Of a stretch of 64,000 bases of DNA, positions 38,402 to 49,222 are shown one piece after another. The notes below the pieces were generated by a model. That model did not search any database. It had not been told where the DNA came from and saw only the letters and a program-made list of their open reading frames with translations. Each line of letters begins with the position of its first letter. Within the stretch, counting starts at the first letter, position 1. Source of the DNA: Patescibacteria group bacterium (GTDB lineage Bacteria > Patescibacteriota > Patescibacteriia > UM-FILTER-42-10); NCBI GenBank assembly GCA_041666485.1, contig JBAYGW010000002.1:7711-71710 (forward strand), written 5' to 3'. Both the position numbers and the translations under genes were made by a program.

Positions 38402-39880
38402 CTACTCATTTAACTTTTTTACAACCCCCTTTATCGCGTCTACTTCCACTATGTCGCCGTCTTTTAATACTTTGGTAGCAATTCTGGTCCCAATGACACA
38501 GGGCGTTTTTAATTCTCTGGCGACAATAGCTGCGTGGCAAGTAATGCCGCCAGAATCAGTGATTATTGCACTGGCCTTTTGCATAGCAGGTACAACCTGA
38601 GGATTTGTAGAAGTGGAAACCAGAATGTCGCCTTTGTGCATTTTCTTCATATCCGCTAGCTCATCAACTCTCCTTACAATACCTTTCGCTTTACCTGGAT
38701 AAGCGGTACTGCCTTCAATTATCTTTATGTTGGGGTTAACAAACAGTGACTGTTTTATTTCCTGAGAAATTCTTTTGACTTTTTTCCCTGACATAACCTG
38801 ATAATTAGTCCCCTTAAAAAGAACTACTGATTCCTTGATTCTTTCGTTCATCAGATCGGCACTAATATTTTCTTTGAGCAGAGCTTGTTTTATTTCGTCG
38901 GGCGTAATCATAAAGGACTGCAACCGTGATAAATTATTTCTTCTTGCAACTTCATTAATGAAACCCTCCATTAATAAATGAGCTTTCTGGTTCAAAAACT
39001 TCCGCTCAAATTTCCAGAAGCCTAGCGTTTGTAAAGCATGAATGATTCTCAGCTCTCTTTTGTTCAATTTGAGTTCCTTCTCAACCGCCCTCTGTTTTGC
39101 TGCTAGAATCTTTCCGGTCTTACCCTTTTCATTCAGCAATTTGACTATTACCTCCATTTTCCTTGGCAGTGCACTCAACCGGCGCCGGATATCATGCGTT
39201 TGCCAAGCTGGCCCGTTATAACCATAACCGATCCAAGTATATTGTTTAAGATGACTAGCAATATCTTTCTTTGACAACTTCCGCTTCAACTGTTTAAGCC
39301 GTAACTTCAATAAGGCCACTTCCTCACGCGATGCCACTGTTTCTCTAGAAGAAGAAGATAATAGTTGAAAGTATTCTCCAATTTTATCATTATCCTTTCC
39401 TAATTTTATACCAATAATTTTTTCTACTTGGTTGCTCAAAAGAGGCGCCTCCATTTCAGCCGCAGTAGCCATTACACTATAAGTCATCATGGAAATAAAT
39501 TTTTTCAACCAATCCTGCCAACGCGTTATGAGCTCTTGACCGCTCAAAGTAGATAAATCACCTGAAAGCCTTTTAGCTGCTTCAAGCATTATTGGTATTT
39601 CTTCTTTATTTACTGACTCAATCTTTTTTAGCAAAATATCATTCTGTTCTAGACGCTTTAAAATTTTTCTTCCAGGAGCAATTAAGGATCCTTCTTTTAC
39701 CAGATAGCTAAACCAATGATTTTTATACCAACAACCAATTACACCATTTTCTATGCCCACTTTTTTTGCCGCATACTGCGCACACCACCAGTACAGCATG
39801 GTAGGGTAAAGATAAGCGTTCTTATCATGGGCTAGTTCAAGCCATCTTTTTTGATGTTGATTATTCATTCTAACTAACAA
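38402..39880 (-). CDS. Phosphohistidine swivel-domain (PEP-utilizers) protein, paralog 3 (492 aa).
   Basis: C-terminus GSTAYPGKAKGIVRRV...GDILVSTSTNPQVVPAMQKASAIITDSGGITCHAAIVARELKTPCVIGT. Confidence 0.75.
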   Translation of the reverse strand: MLVRMNNQHQKRWLELAHDKNAYLYPTMLYWWCAQYAAKKVGIENGVIGCWYKNHWFSYLVKEGSLIAPGRKILKRLEQNDILLKKIESVNKEEIPIMLEAAKRLSGDLSTLSGQELITRWQDWLKKFISMMTYSVMATAAEMEAPLLSNQVEKIIGIKLGKDNDKIGEYFQLLSSSSRETVASREEVALLKLRLKQLKRKLSKKDIASHLKQYTWIGYGYNGPAWQTHDIRRRLSALPRKMEVIVKLLNEKGKTGKILAAKQRAVEKELKLNKRELRIIHALQTLGFWKFERKFLNQKAHLLMEGFINEVARRNNLSRLQSFMITPDEIKQALLKENISADLMNERIKESVVLFKGTNYQVMSGKKVKRISQEIKQSLFVNPNIKIIEGSTAYPGKAKGIVRRVDELADMKKMHKGDILVSTSTNPQVVPAMQKASAIITDSGGITCHAAIVARELKTPCVIGTRIATKVLKDGDIVEVDAIKGVVKKLNE

Positions 39881-41348
39881 TCTTAATATCCCCTTTTCTG
39901 GTATCCAGCTCCACTAAATCGCCGTCTTTCAGAACTTTTGTGGCAATCTTTGCGCCGATAATGCAGGGCTTTTTCATTTCTCGGGCAACGATGGCCGCAT
40001 GCGAAGTCAATCCGCCCACATCCGTGACAAACGCCGAAGCTCTTTTCATCGCCGGTAATAGCGACGGGGTAGTAGCAACCGATACTAATATATCACCATT
40101 CTTCACTTTTGCTATTTTTGACGCTTCATTTACGATTTTCACTCTTCCTTTAGCGTAACCGGCTGAGGCTACAGTCCCATGGATAACAATAACCTGTTGT
40201 ATTTTTTGTTTTTCTCTTTTTACATTTTGCTTTACATACTCTCTTGCCTTTTTACCAGTAAGAATAATCTGCCGATCTTCACTAAGCGCAATCCAAACGC
40301 AATATTTACTTCGCTCCTGTAATACCTCAGGCAGAACCGCTTTCCCTGCACTCAGCCAGTTGACCAACTCCGACTTTGAACAATAATACAGTAATTTTTT
40401 GGGCAGTTTAAATCTCTTTGATGCTACAGACAGAATCTTTTCCCATTGAGAATATACACCAAATAGCACCTCCATACGTAGTCCTTTTAGATAAGTAAAT
40501 ATCTGGGCAACACTAAAGAGATATTTTTCTTGATCATTTAGACCAAGCTTTTTAAATACAGCAAGCTGTTTTTCCCGCAGTGCAGCGGCATAGTTAAGCA
40601 GATCAGTTAGTTCTTTCTTTGCTTCTTTTTTATTTTTAACCAGCTCCTGAATAGAAAGCTTCACTTCTTCAAATGTTGTACGAGGACCAAGTTGTCCGAA
40701 ATTTACCCAGTTCCATTTCTTATAATAATTACTGACCTTTCTTTCTTCTACATTTCTCCCGGCAGTATTAACAATCATTTTCATGAGTTCAATTCTGGCT
40801 GTCTTTGATGGTATAGGTTTTACTGGAGAAGAAAGTGTGTTCACTATTTCTGGAATTGACAGAGATTTATTATTTTTATCCACTGCTCTTTTTACTATTT
40901 TTTTTAGTAAATGGGAATATTTTTGAAAATAGTGATCAGAAAACACCGGCACATAACCCCAAACACAAAGTTCGTTAGCCAGTTTGTAGGTTTTTTGTAA
41001 ATAACTTGCCAGCTGACGGTTAGTCCACTGATCTAGGTCTTCATTTTCTACATCTCGGATTAATTTCAATAGAACTTTCACTATAGCCTCTGATTCTTTC
41101 CGGACTTGCTTTACAAACTCAGGTTTTTCCTGAATCTTGCCAATCAAATAATCCGAGCCCTTATCCCACGCAACATAGTCAACATAAAACAAAAGCATTT
41201 GTTTTTTGTGTTCGCAAAAAGTTTTCTCACCTACCCTACGACCGTCCAATAACTTAATTAATAAATTACTTGGCCAAGCATTATGATTCGGTGAAATAGT
41301 CAGTGGGCTTATGGAATATTCTTCATGTGATAGTACGTATTTTTTCAT
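39870..41348 (-). CDS. Phosphohistidine swivel-domain (PEP-utilizers) protein, paralog 4 (492 aa).
   Basis: C-terminus GTVASAGYAKGRVKIV...GDILVSVATTPSLLPAMKRASAFVTDVGGLTSHAAIVAREMKKPCIIGA. It overlaps paralog 3 by 11 nt. Confidence 0.75.
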   Translation of the reverse strand: MKKYVLSHEEYSISPLTISPNHNAWPSNLLIKLLDGRRVGEKTFCEHKKQMLLFYVDYVAWDKGSDYLIGKIQEKPEFVKQVRKESEAIVKVLLKLIRDVENEDLDQWTNRQLASYLQKTYKLANELCVWGYVPVFSDHYFQKYSHLLKKIVKRAVDKNNKSLSIPEIVNTLSSPVKPIPSKTARIELMKMIVNTAGRNVEERKVSNYYKKWNWVNFGQLGPRTTFEEVKLSIQELVKNKKEAKKELTDLLNYAAALREKQLAVFKKLGLNDQEKYLFSVAQIFTYLKGLRMEVLFGVYSQWEKILSVASKRFKLPKKLLYYCSKSELVNWLSAGKAVLPEVLQERSKYCVWIALSEDRQIILTGKKAREYVKQNVKREKQKIQQVIVIHGTVASAGYAKGRVKIVNEASKIAKVKNGDILVSVATTPSLLPAMKRASAFVTDVGGLTSHAAIVAREMKKPCIIGAKIATKVLKDGDLVELDTRKGDIKIVS

Positions 41349-41402
41349 ATCTTTTCCCCATAAAGTGATGCACGGGGCGCTTCTATAAAAGAAATTATAT
41401 TA

Positions 41403-43028
41403 TTAAAGTTTTCTCACTACCCCCTTCGTCGCGTCCACTTCCACCAGATCGCCGTCTTTTAAAATTTTGGTTACTATCTTAGTACCAATTACACAGGGGA
41501 TGCCCAGTTCTCTGGCAATGATTGCAGCATGAGAAGTTACTCCCCCCTGTTCTGTAACAATGGCTGATGCTTTTCTCATGGCCGGCATAATGTCTGGATC
41601 TGTTGCGATTGATACCAAAACATCACCATTTTTCATTTTATTCATATCGGAGGCTCTGATAATTATCCTTACCGTTCCCTTACCCCTGCCGACGCATCCG
41701 CATTGTCCTTGTATTTCTGTTATTTCCTCATCAATTGCCATTTTAGTTTTTTCGGCCAGTTTTTTTGCTGTATTTCCAGTAAATACTTTCTCAATTCCTT
41801 TTTCAACATAATACACGCAAAATCTAGTGCGCTGTTGTAATTCTTTTTTGTCGGGCTTTTCCCCGCCGATTAATGCGTCTCTAACCTCTGATTTGAGCAT
41901 AAACCTCGCCTGCATCAGGGAAATATCCAACCGTCTGGCTATCTCCCCTAATACCGGTTGCATGTTATAAATTGCATATATTTGAGCAAAACGGCGGTAA
42001 ATTTTTGTAATCATGAAATCAGACCAACTTGCGAATATTGTTTTCCAGGGGTTTTTTATCTTAAGCCGTTTGATTAGTATATTACGTTTCAGTATTAAAT
42101 CCTTATATTCTTTTTTTTCTTTTTTAATAATTTCGGATGTATTAATCCCTTCTCCGACCAGTTTTACCAGTTCCTTCAAATAATAGTCAAAAGTATAGAT
42201 ACCATCCTTGCCGATCCACATAAATTTTACATAGTGATACTTAACATAATGATACTGAATCAGTTTCAGTATTTCCATTTTAATCTGATCTTTGATATCG
42301 GCAACCTTTTTTTCAAACGCATCCTCATATTCAGGCGTATGCGTTTCCAGTCCGTACGGAGAAGCACTGTATTCTAAAAACTCCTGGTATAATTCCTGAA
42401 AAAGTTTTTTATGATACGGGTCTTTTTGAATTTTTGCCGCGATTGTTAAAAACTCTTCACGTTCAACCTGGATTAGAGATTTTTTTTCAGGTGCAGTCAG
42501 AGTTACTAAATATTCATTAATCTTTTCTTTTCTGACTCCGATTGATTTTAAATATTTTTTAAGCTCCCCGGTAAAGTTGCTATGAAACATATCAGCGGCA
42601 ACGGGTAACCAGCCCCATTGGTAATACTTCGTGTGGATCTCATCATGTCTGCGATAAAGATACCAAAGCTGTTTTTTCGTCATTCTCTCCAGATTTTCTT
42701 GAGGAAGATTATGTGCATAGTAACACAATTTGTCAGACCATTTTATAATCTCTTCATTCGCTTCCACCGAAAATTGAGGATTTTTAATGAACTTATCAAC
42801 TAGATGTTCCCCCTGCTTATACGAGTCATTTTCACCGAGATAAAACAGCATGCGGTATCCCTTGAAAATAGCCATTACTTTTTCGTTGGCAAATCCGCCC
42901 GGCCTGGCAAATTCATTGGCAAAACAGGATAGCCAAATTTGAGAAAAAAATAAATCAATATCCGGTATGTCTTCAGCTAGCATCCACGGATCTGCGCTAT
43001 TTATATACTTAATTTTTCTTGTAGACAT
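41403..43028 (-). CDS. Phosphohistidine swivel-domain (PEP-utilizers) protein, paralog 5 (541 aa).
   Basis: C-terminus GQCGCVGRGKGTVRIIIRASDMNKMKNGDVLVSIATDPDIMPAMRKASAIVTEQGGVTSHAAIIARELGIPCVIGT. Confidence 0.75.
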   Translation of the reverse strand: MSTRKIKYINSADPWMLAEDIPDIDLFFSQIWLSCFANEFARPGGFANEKVMAIFKGYRMLFYLGENDSYKQGEHLVDKFIKNPQFSVEANEEIIKWSDKLCYYAHNLPQENLERMTKKQLWYLYRRHDEIHTKYYQWGWLPVAADMFHSNFTGELKKYLKSIGVRKEKINEYLVTLTAPEKKSLIQVEREEFLTIAAKIQKDPYHKKLFQELYQEFLEYSASPYGLETHTPEYEDAFEKKVADIKDQIKMEILKLIQYHYVKYHYVKFMWIGKDGIYTFDYYLKELVKLVGEGINTSEIIKKEKKEYKDLILKRNILIKRLKIKNPWKTIFASWSDFMITKIYRRFAQIYAIYNMQPVLGEIARRLDISLMQARFMLKSEVRDALIGGEKPDKKELQQRTRFCVYYVEKGIEKVFTGNTAKKLAEKTKMAIDEEITEIQGQCGCVGRGKGTVRIIIRASDMNKMKNGDVLVSIATDPDIMPAMRKASAIVTEQGGVTSHAAIIARELGIPCVIGTKIVTKILKDGDLVEVDATKGVVRKL

Positions 43029-43109
43029 TTTGCGTGCTTATCAAATACAGACAGCTTCTTTGTTATTTTATCATACTGTTTTCACGTGACATATACTTTT
43101 GTTCATTAA

Positions 43110-43622
43110 CTAAAACCTTCCTCCGCATATTGTAGACCATGTTCCGCCCCATTCGTCAGGACATTCATTTATCTTGGGCTTTGTCTCTAATCTATACATG
43201 ATGAAATATTTCTGGGAAGCCGCTTCATCACTTGCCTCCCATCTATTATAAAGGTATATATAGTGCTGATTGGTTTCATTATCCAATATGTTTAAGGGGT
43301 CATTGGGTAATGTCGGCATATATTTTGGCACAAGCGAAGGAATCCAATTGCCTGGCTGAAAACCCGGAGCTGAATTACAAGCAGAAACTGCGGGCAAGTT
43401 ATTGCATAAATGATAATCAGGATACACTCCATAATCATGATAATAGAGCTCTAGGGCGTTTCGGATCGCGCTGATATCCGCCACCCTTTTAGCATCACGT
43501 GCTTCTGCTCGGGCATGTTGCATGGATACGAATGCAATTGAGGAAATAAGACCCATAATAGCAACCACTACTAAAAGTTCCAGCAATGTGAAGCCTCTTT
43601 GTCCTTTGAATTGATGTTTCAT
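43110..43622 (-). CDS. Type IV pilin or pseudopilin with a prepilin N-terminal cleavage and methylation motif.
   Basis: MKHQFKGQRG|FTLLELLVVVAIMGLISSIAFVSM is the classic class III signal peptide, with Gly at -1 and Glu at +5. Confidence 0.85.
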   Translation of the reverse strand: MKHQFKGQRGFTLLELLVVVAIMGLISSIAFVSMQHARAEARDAKRVADISAIRNALELYYHDYGVYPDYHLCNNLPAVSACNSAPGFQPGNWIPSLVPKYMPTLPNDPLNILDNETNQHYIYLYNRWEASDEAASQKYFIMYRLETKPKINECPDEWGGTWSTICGGRF

Positions 43623-43632
43623 ATGTTTTTTA

Positions 43633-45279
43633 TTATTGCGGCAAGAAGAATCTGCCCACCGCTATGTTTATACCTGATGTCATTTCATTCGGGAAAGCTA
43701 CCACTTCATAAAGCGGATATTCGCCCATCCCTTTCCAAATTTTGATCACTGCCCGGTCGCCTGATTGTACCGCAGTTACTATCTCATCTTTACCATTATA
43801 ATTAAAATCGCCTGTAGCCAAACTTACTCCTCCGCGGAATTCAGGATGATAGGCAAAAAAACCATTGTGATACAGGGTCATGGAGCCGTCGGGTAAACGC
43901 CGGAATATCCGGACGTGCGGACCACCAACCGCCACCGGCGCCGTGATTATTTCATCGCCGTCGTTACCCACCAGATCACCCGTCGCAATATTTACCCCTC
44001 CTCTGAAACTGGTGGGATAAGCCATGAATCCTAAAATATGCGGCCAAATTTTATTTCCTTCGTAATGAAAAATCCGGACATGCGGTCCGCCGGTCAATTT
44101 TCCCGGAACTGTAATAATGTCAGCATGTCCGTCACCATCCAAGTCACCGCTTGCCACTTCCCAGCTTCCTCTCAGCCACTCATTGTAGGCAAAAAAGTTT
44201 TCAATCGTCGGTACATACACGCCATCGCGCTTGCCAAATATCCTGATATTCGGCCCGCCGCCTGATGCAGGAGATACGATTATCTCGCTATTGCCTTTCT
44301 TGTCCACATCACCAATTGCCACTTTTACGCCGTTTCGGAATCCATCCTGATATACTGATATTTCATCAAGCAGATCACCTTTCCAGTTGAAAATACGTAC
44401 TCTCGGCTCATAACCGGCACCCGGGCCAACAACTATTTCATCAATACCGTCTGAATCAAGATCACCGGCGGCAACATTTACGCCACCACGAAATGACTGG
44501 GAATAGGCGAAAAATTGGGAGAGCAAATGTCCTTCTTTTGTAAAAATTCTTACCTGGGGTCCGCCGCCCTGGTTCGGAACAGCAACTAAATAACTCTCCT
44601 GAAGCTGTAAATCACCCCCGCCAACCGGTGGTTGCGAAGGATTATCGGGCGGGTTGTCGTCTACAGGGATTTCCGTTGGCGGACTAACCACAGTACATTC
44701 ATCGGTCAGGTACGGTATTTCTTCTTGTGTGCCGCAACTATTTAAATCACTGCAGGTTCTGGACTTTACTCCGTCAACACATTCTGACCAGGCGGAACAC
44801 GTCCAAGATTCCACACAGTCCGTCCTGTGTGTAGCAATATTTGAAAGCGCGGACCATTGACCTTCATTATCCGCGGTCTTGATTGCAAAATAATAAGTGG
44901 TGTTTGGCGCCAGACCCATAACTATAAATGTTTCTCTGGTGCCGGCGGATGAGGGAGTGAGCGGATCAACCACTTGTGTCGCGCTACCCCAATTGGAATC
45001 ATTAATCGCCTGTGTACTGTAACGAATATCATATTCAACTGCTGTGCCGGTAAAACCGTCATCACCAGGCGCTGTCCAGTTAAGTGTCACTGAATTTGCT
45101 GAGGTGGCGCTGAACCCAGCTTGTACTTCAGTTAAGTGCAGTTGACTCCCGTATGGATATAACAAGCTGTATACCAATCCGATCAGCGCTGAAAGACCGG
45201 CAATAACGGCAATTTCAATGCTTAACCTGACAAGGAGTATTGGTTTGTTCTTAATTATTGAATCTGTCTTCACTTGCAC
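43633..45279 (-). CDS. Membrane-anchored protein with a fibronectin type III-like domain and FG-GAP (integrin-alpha-type) beta-propeller repeats.
   Basis: N-terminal TM segment. Five or more repeats of the form GDLDSDGIDEIVVGPGAG...PRVRIF, GDVDKKGNSEIIV, GDLDGDGHADIITVPG...PHVRIF, GDLVGNDGDEIITAP and GDFNYNGKDEIVTA. Confidence 0.7.
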   Translation of the reverse strand: MQVKTDSIIKNKPILLVRLSIEIAVIAGLSALIGLVYSLLYPYGSQLHLTEVQAGFSATSANSVTLNWTAPGDDGFTGTAVEYDIRYSTQAINDSNWGSATQVVDPLTPSSAGTRETFIVMGLAPNTTYYFAIKTADNEGQWSALSNIATHRTDCVESWTCSAWSECVDGVKSRTCSDLNSCGTQEEIPYLTDECTVVSPPTEIPVDDNPPDNPSQPPVGGGDLQLQESYLVAVPNQGGGPQVRIFTKEGHLLSQFFAYSQSFRGGVNVAAGDLDSDGIDEIVVGPGAGYEPRVRIFNWKGDLLDEISVYQDGFRNGVKVAIGDVDKKGNSEIIVSPASGGGPNIRIFGKRDGVYVPTIENFFAYNEWLRGSWEVASGDLDGDGHADIITVPGKLTGGPHVRIFHYEGNKIWPHILGFMAYPTSFRGGVNIATGDLVGNDGDEIITAPVAVGGPHVRIFRRLPDGSMTLYHNGFFAYHPEFRGGVSLATGDFNYNGKDEIVTAVQSGDRAVIKIWKGMGEYPLYEVVAFPNEMTSGINIAVGRFFLPQ

Positions 45280-47826
45280 TTAATTAGCAGTTAAATTACT
45301 AATCATGCCCGGAGGAGTACTATCCACCGGCGGTAAGGGGTTGAGCAGTATCCTGCCGTCATACCAGTTTAACGTTACCGAGGTTGTTTCACCTCCCGGA
45401 TTTGCGGCTGGATCTTGTCCGCCATTTGTAGCATCAAGATAGCGATATGTGCCTCCAAGATCTACTGTTGAAGATCCTATATTATTGTTGAGTAATACAA
45501 TCCCGTGCTCAAAGTCCCTTCTATATACTCCGGTTTGAATTTGGACGTAATCAGTCACCGGCAGGCCTAAATAACCCCTTCCGGTGGCATAATCATCTGT
45601 TGGCTGTCCGGTATTAAAATCAACCCAATATTCATCAAACCAGGACTGTGATCTGTTCCCATCAGGGCTTTGCGAATTATAATAAATACCCGTCATTAGA
45701 CTGGCGGCAAGACCATATCTATGATACCGATAGTAAGACGTACTACCCAGAAGGTATGCATTTTCAAATAAATTGTCATTCAGACGGGGTGAAAGCGAAT
45801 GCTCCTCCCAATATTCAAATCCGCGCGTATTGGCCGGATCAAAATAATAAGTTAGCGTACTTGGTTGGAAGAACCTTTCCCACAAATTCCCATTATAATC
45901 AGCATGGTATTCAGCATTGCCATTACCGACTGTCAGCATGTCCTGACCTAAATGCGCCCTATTTTTTTGCATTTGAGCATGCATTCCTTCAATCCAAATT
46001 TGTGTTGCTTTAGCAAGATCCGCATTATCATTTAAATCTTCATCAATTCCGTCAAAATCAAAATCACAATACTGCTCGTAGATCCCCGGATTCTTTACAT
46101 AATCATATAAAAACCAAAAGGAGGATCCGGTTACATCCCACCAAATTCCATCAAAGTAATTCAGCCGGTCAAAAATATCTTTTTCCATGTGTTCCGCTGA
46201 AATATCCGTATACGGAGAAACAACGTTTAAATTATAAATCAAATTACTTGGGAAGCTGGGATTTACGCAATAAGTTCCCGGGTTTTCCGAACTCTGCAAC
46301 CGAAGACTGGGGTTCAAACGGTCATTAAAAGTCTTAAAAGCCACCCCGCTGTAATCCTGATACCCAATCGCATCTTTATACAAAAGAACTACTTCCTGAG
46401 GATTAGCTTCCTTGATTTGGCGGATAACATCAGGAACTAGTATTGAGGCCTTAGAAAAACTCACCAAGTCATATTTTCTTAGATAATCTACTTCGCTTAC
46501 AGATGGAGCATTGCTCCACCACAATTCCGAAATTTTTGGATAGGTCTGCGGAACATCCGGCAGAACCCGGAACTGGCGGAAAAAGCCGTAATCATCCGGA
46601 TCATCTGATGCCCCCTGGCATTTAATGGCAACAGGAAACTGATCAACGATATCATCAACTGTCTGTGTTATTGAATGCTCGGTTCCCACGGCACCAGTAG
46701 AATTTTCAAGTACACTGTATTGCTCCGGCTTCGTACCGTAACGGCAAGCCATGGGTGATGATGTTGTGAAGTTTATGGTAAATTGCTCCGTATTCGGTAT
46801 GAAATACCCGTCGGGACTGGTTACGGATATTTTAGAATCCAAAACAGTCGCGCTACTGTTTAATGCATCACCGCTACCCGTGACAGTCAGGCTGAATTCA
46901 TTACCAACCGCAAAATCACCACTATAATAGATATCGCTTTCGGAAAACGGCACGGATCTTTTATAATATTCATGTATCTGATCTGTTCCGAGCGGAGTAT
47001 TCAAAAATCTCATCTCGTCCACAATTACATCATCATTTCCGATAACCATATCCCCTGCCCCGGGAACGATAGACGGGAAATTTTCCGCCTCTGTGTAATC
47101 TCTCCTGGAAACCTGTTCGCCGTTATAATAATATTTAACGACTTTTTCGGAGGCAGACCAGGTGGCGGTCAGTAATATTGGCGTGTTAGTCGGCATCTCA
47201 ACACGATCATTTCCAGCCTGCGCAGAAAGTTCCCAGCCATCAGTCCCGTCATACATTGTAAATTTGAGTACATTTATTTCATGCACGTTCATCATGAATG
47301 AATCGCCCGTAGAATCATTGTGATACCTGAAAATATACGGACTCGCATCAAACGCCGGATCGCTGAGCGGTTTTTTCAGCGTTAACCAGATATCCATTGT
47401 TCCTTCGTTGAAATCAACATTATTATCAAGTGAATAATTTGCGCTACCGATCATTCCTTTTCCAAATTTTCCATTTTCATATGTTACAGAATCGGAAGAG
47501 ACAGGATTCTCGCCATTCACCGTTGTCTGAGTATCATCAAAATGAGCTAAAAAAGTTGTAGGTACTACGCCGTTTTCAGAAGTAACATCATTTACTGACC
47601 ATTCATAAAGTGAACCCTCAGCTGCATCAGATTGCGCAACTATTTCACTGCCAATATACGGCTGGATAATGTTTAGGTAGGAATCAGTCGCCTGGGTTTC
47701 CGGTGCTAACACACCACCTTTCCACAAATAAAAAACCGCCGATGAAACGGCAGCACTAAAAACAAAAATAACAACTACTTTAGTTATTATACTTCTGACT
47801 CTGAATGCGCTGATATCATTACGCAT
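45280..47826 (-). CDS. Large secreted or membrane-anchored hypothetical protein (848 aa).
   Basis: Complete ORF with an N-terminal TM segment VVVIFVFSAAVSSAVFYLW. It directly abuts the FG-GAP gene. No family I can name. Confidence 0.5.
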   Translation of the reverse strand: MRNDISAFRVRSIITKVVVIFVFSAAVSSAVFYLWKGGVLAPETQATDSYLNIIQPYIGSEIVAQSDAAEGSLYEWSVNDVTSENGVVPTTFLAHFDDTQTTVNGENPVSSDSVTYENGKFGKGMIGSANYSLDNNVDFNEGTMDIWLTLKKPLSDPAFDASPYIFRYHNDSTGDSFMMNVHEINVLKFTMYDGTDGWELSAQAGNDRVEMPTNTPILLTATWSASEKVVKYYYNGEQVSRRDYTEAENFPSIVPGAGDMVIGNDDVIVDEMRFLNTPLGTDQIHEYYKRSVPFSESDIYYSGDFAVGNEFSLTVTGSGDALNSSATVLDSKISVTSPDGYFIPNTEQFTINFTTSSPMACRYGTKPEQYSVLENSTGAVGTEHSITQTVDDIVDQFPVAIKCQGASDDPDDYGFFRQFRVLPDVPQTYPKISELWWSNAPSVSEVDYLRKYDLVSFSKASILVPDVIRQIKEANPQEVVLLYKDAIGYQDYSGVAFKTFNDRLNPSLRLQSSENPGTYCVNPSFPSNLIYNLNVVSPYTDISAEHMEKDIFDRLNYFDGIWWDVTGSSFWFLYDYVKNPGIYEQYCDFDFDGIDEDLNDNADLAKATQIWIEGMHAQMQKNRAHLGQDMLTVGNGNAEYHADYNGNLWERFFQPSTLTYYFDPANTRGFEYWEEHSLSPRLNDNLFENAYLLGSTSYYRYHRYGLAASLMTGIYYNSQSPDGNRSQSWFDEYWVDFNTGQPTDDYATGRGYLGLPVTDYVQIQTGVYRRDFEHGIVLLNNNIGSSTVDLGGTYRYLDATNGGQDPAANPGGETTSVTLNWYDGRILLNPLPPVDSTPPGMISNLTAN

Positions 47827-47918
47827 AGTTTTTTTATACTCAATTTACACATTTAATGATAACAGAAAAATCACATTTTGTCAATCAAGGACGCAACGCT
47901 TCAACATTCTTATTGAGT

Positions 47919-48596
47919 CTACATTTTATTACTTTTTATTTTTTCACAATCTCTTTTCCAATTCAAGAATTTCTTCCAAATTTTCTTATCCTTGTGCCAA
48001 TTATCCCGATCCGCCTCATAAGCTTGTTCTAATTCCCATACAACTTCACTGAAGAATCCTATCTTTCTAAAATAAAGGTCCCGGTCTTTTTTGTTAAAAA
48101 GCGCTTCAAATTTAATTTTACGCCTGCTAATCCACTCAGGATATTTTCCGCCAGTATCATCTAAAATAACAATAATTTTTTGAATGTTCAATTCCCCTCT
48201 GACATTTTCAATAAATATTTCCTTACTTGCTCCTGTAGCGATTACATCATCAACCAAAACTGCCCTGGCACCCTTGCTATATATTCCCTCTATTAATGAG
48301 TCTGTGGAATAACCCTTTGCTTTTTTTCTAATGTAAACCCAAGGGAGTTTTGTTTCCAACGCTATGGCAGCAGCCAGGCCAATCCCACCAGTTTCCCCTC
48401 CGGCAATTATTTCAATCTTTGGTTTGATTATTCTAATAATTTCGGCTAATTCTCGCGCTACCATTTTTAGAACAGCCGGATCAGATAGTGCCGCCTTAGG
48501 ATCCCAATAGATTGGAACAATCCGGTTCGCCTGGATCTTTACTCCGGGAGTATAAAAACGCTTCTGGGCTAATATTTTGAATACCTCATTTTTCAT
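47919..48596 (-). CDS. Type I phosphoribosyltransferase (OPRT-like) domain protein, paralog 1 of 5, with a W-rich C-terminal tail.
   Basis: PRPP-binding loop VLVDDVIATGAS. Tail NWHKDKKIWKKFLNWKR. Confidence 0.65.
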   Translation of the reverse strand: MKNEVFKILAQKRFYTPGVKIQANRIVPIYWDPKAALSDPAVLKMVARELAEIIRIIKPKIEIIAGGETGGIGLAAAIALETKLPWVYIRKKAKGYSTDSLIEGIYSKGARAVLVDDVIATGASKEIFIENVRGELNIQKIIVILDDTGGKYPEWISRRKIKFEALFNKKDRDLYFRKIGFFSEVVWELEQAYEADRDNWHKDKKIWKKFLNWKRDCEKIKSNKM

Positions 48597-49222
48597 TTTT
48601 TTACCCTTCCTCCCCAGTTAATTGGATCTTTAAGATATTGTCTAATCGCTAAAGTATCCTCAACATTAAAAATGCCGTGCTCAATACCAAAGTTGGCAAT
48701 CTCTTGAAAAGTAACCAGATAGTGAATCTTTATCCTATTAGCTTTCTCTATTTTCTTTACCAGTTCCTTTTTGACTATAGAAATTACTAAAACATCTTTT
48801 ATTTTTGCCTTGTTTTTTCTTAACACTTTGACAGCATAATTAATATTGCTCCCGGTCACCACCATATCATCAATCAACACCACTTTCTGACGAGGATTAA
48901 TGATTCCTTCAATTTGTTTTTTAGTACCATTCCTCTTCGGCTTTTTTCTTACATAAACCATTGGTTTGGCAAGTGCCTGAGCAAGAATACCAGCAAATGC
49001 AATACCCGCTGATTCATTTCCCGCAATTATATCATAATAACTTGGCAATAATTTTTTTAGTTGGTTAAAAACCGCTGATAATTCTTTTGGGTAAGATAAT
49101 AAATTTCTATGATCAAGATAAATAGGTTGATATAGCCCCGCTCCACCCAATAGCGGCTTCTTGGAATTACAATAAACATTCTGTGCCTTGTATAATGCTT
49201 TAATAATTTTTAGCTTGTTCAT
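48593..49222 (-). CDS. Type I phosphoribosyltransferase-domain protein, paralog 2.
   Basis: VVLIDDMVVTGSNI. It overlaps paralog 1 by 4 nt, and the upstream gene by 4 nt. Confidence 0.65.
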   Translation of the reverse strand: MNKLKIIKALYKAQNVYCNSKKPLLGGAGLYQPIYLDHRNLLSYPKELSAVFNQLKKLLPSYYDIIAGNESAGIAFAGILAQALAKPMVYVRKKPKRNGTKKQIEGIINPRQKVVLIDDMVVTGSNINYAVKVLRKNKAKIKDVLVISIVKKELVKKIEKANRIKIHYLVTFQEIANFGIEHGIFNVEDTLAIRQYLKDPINWGGRVKK

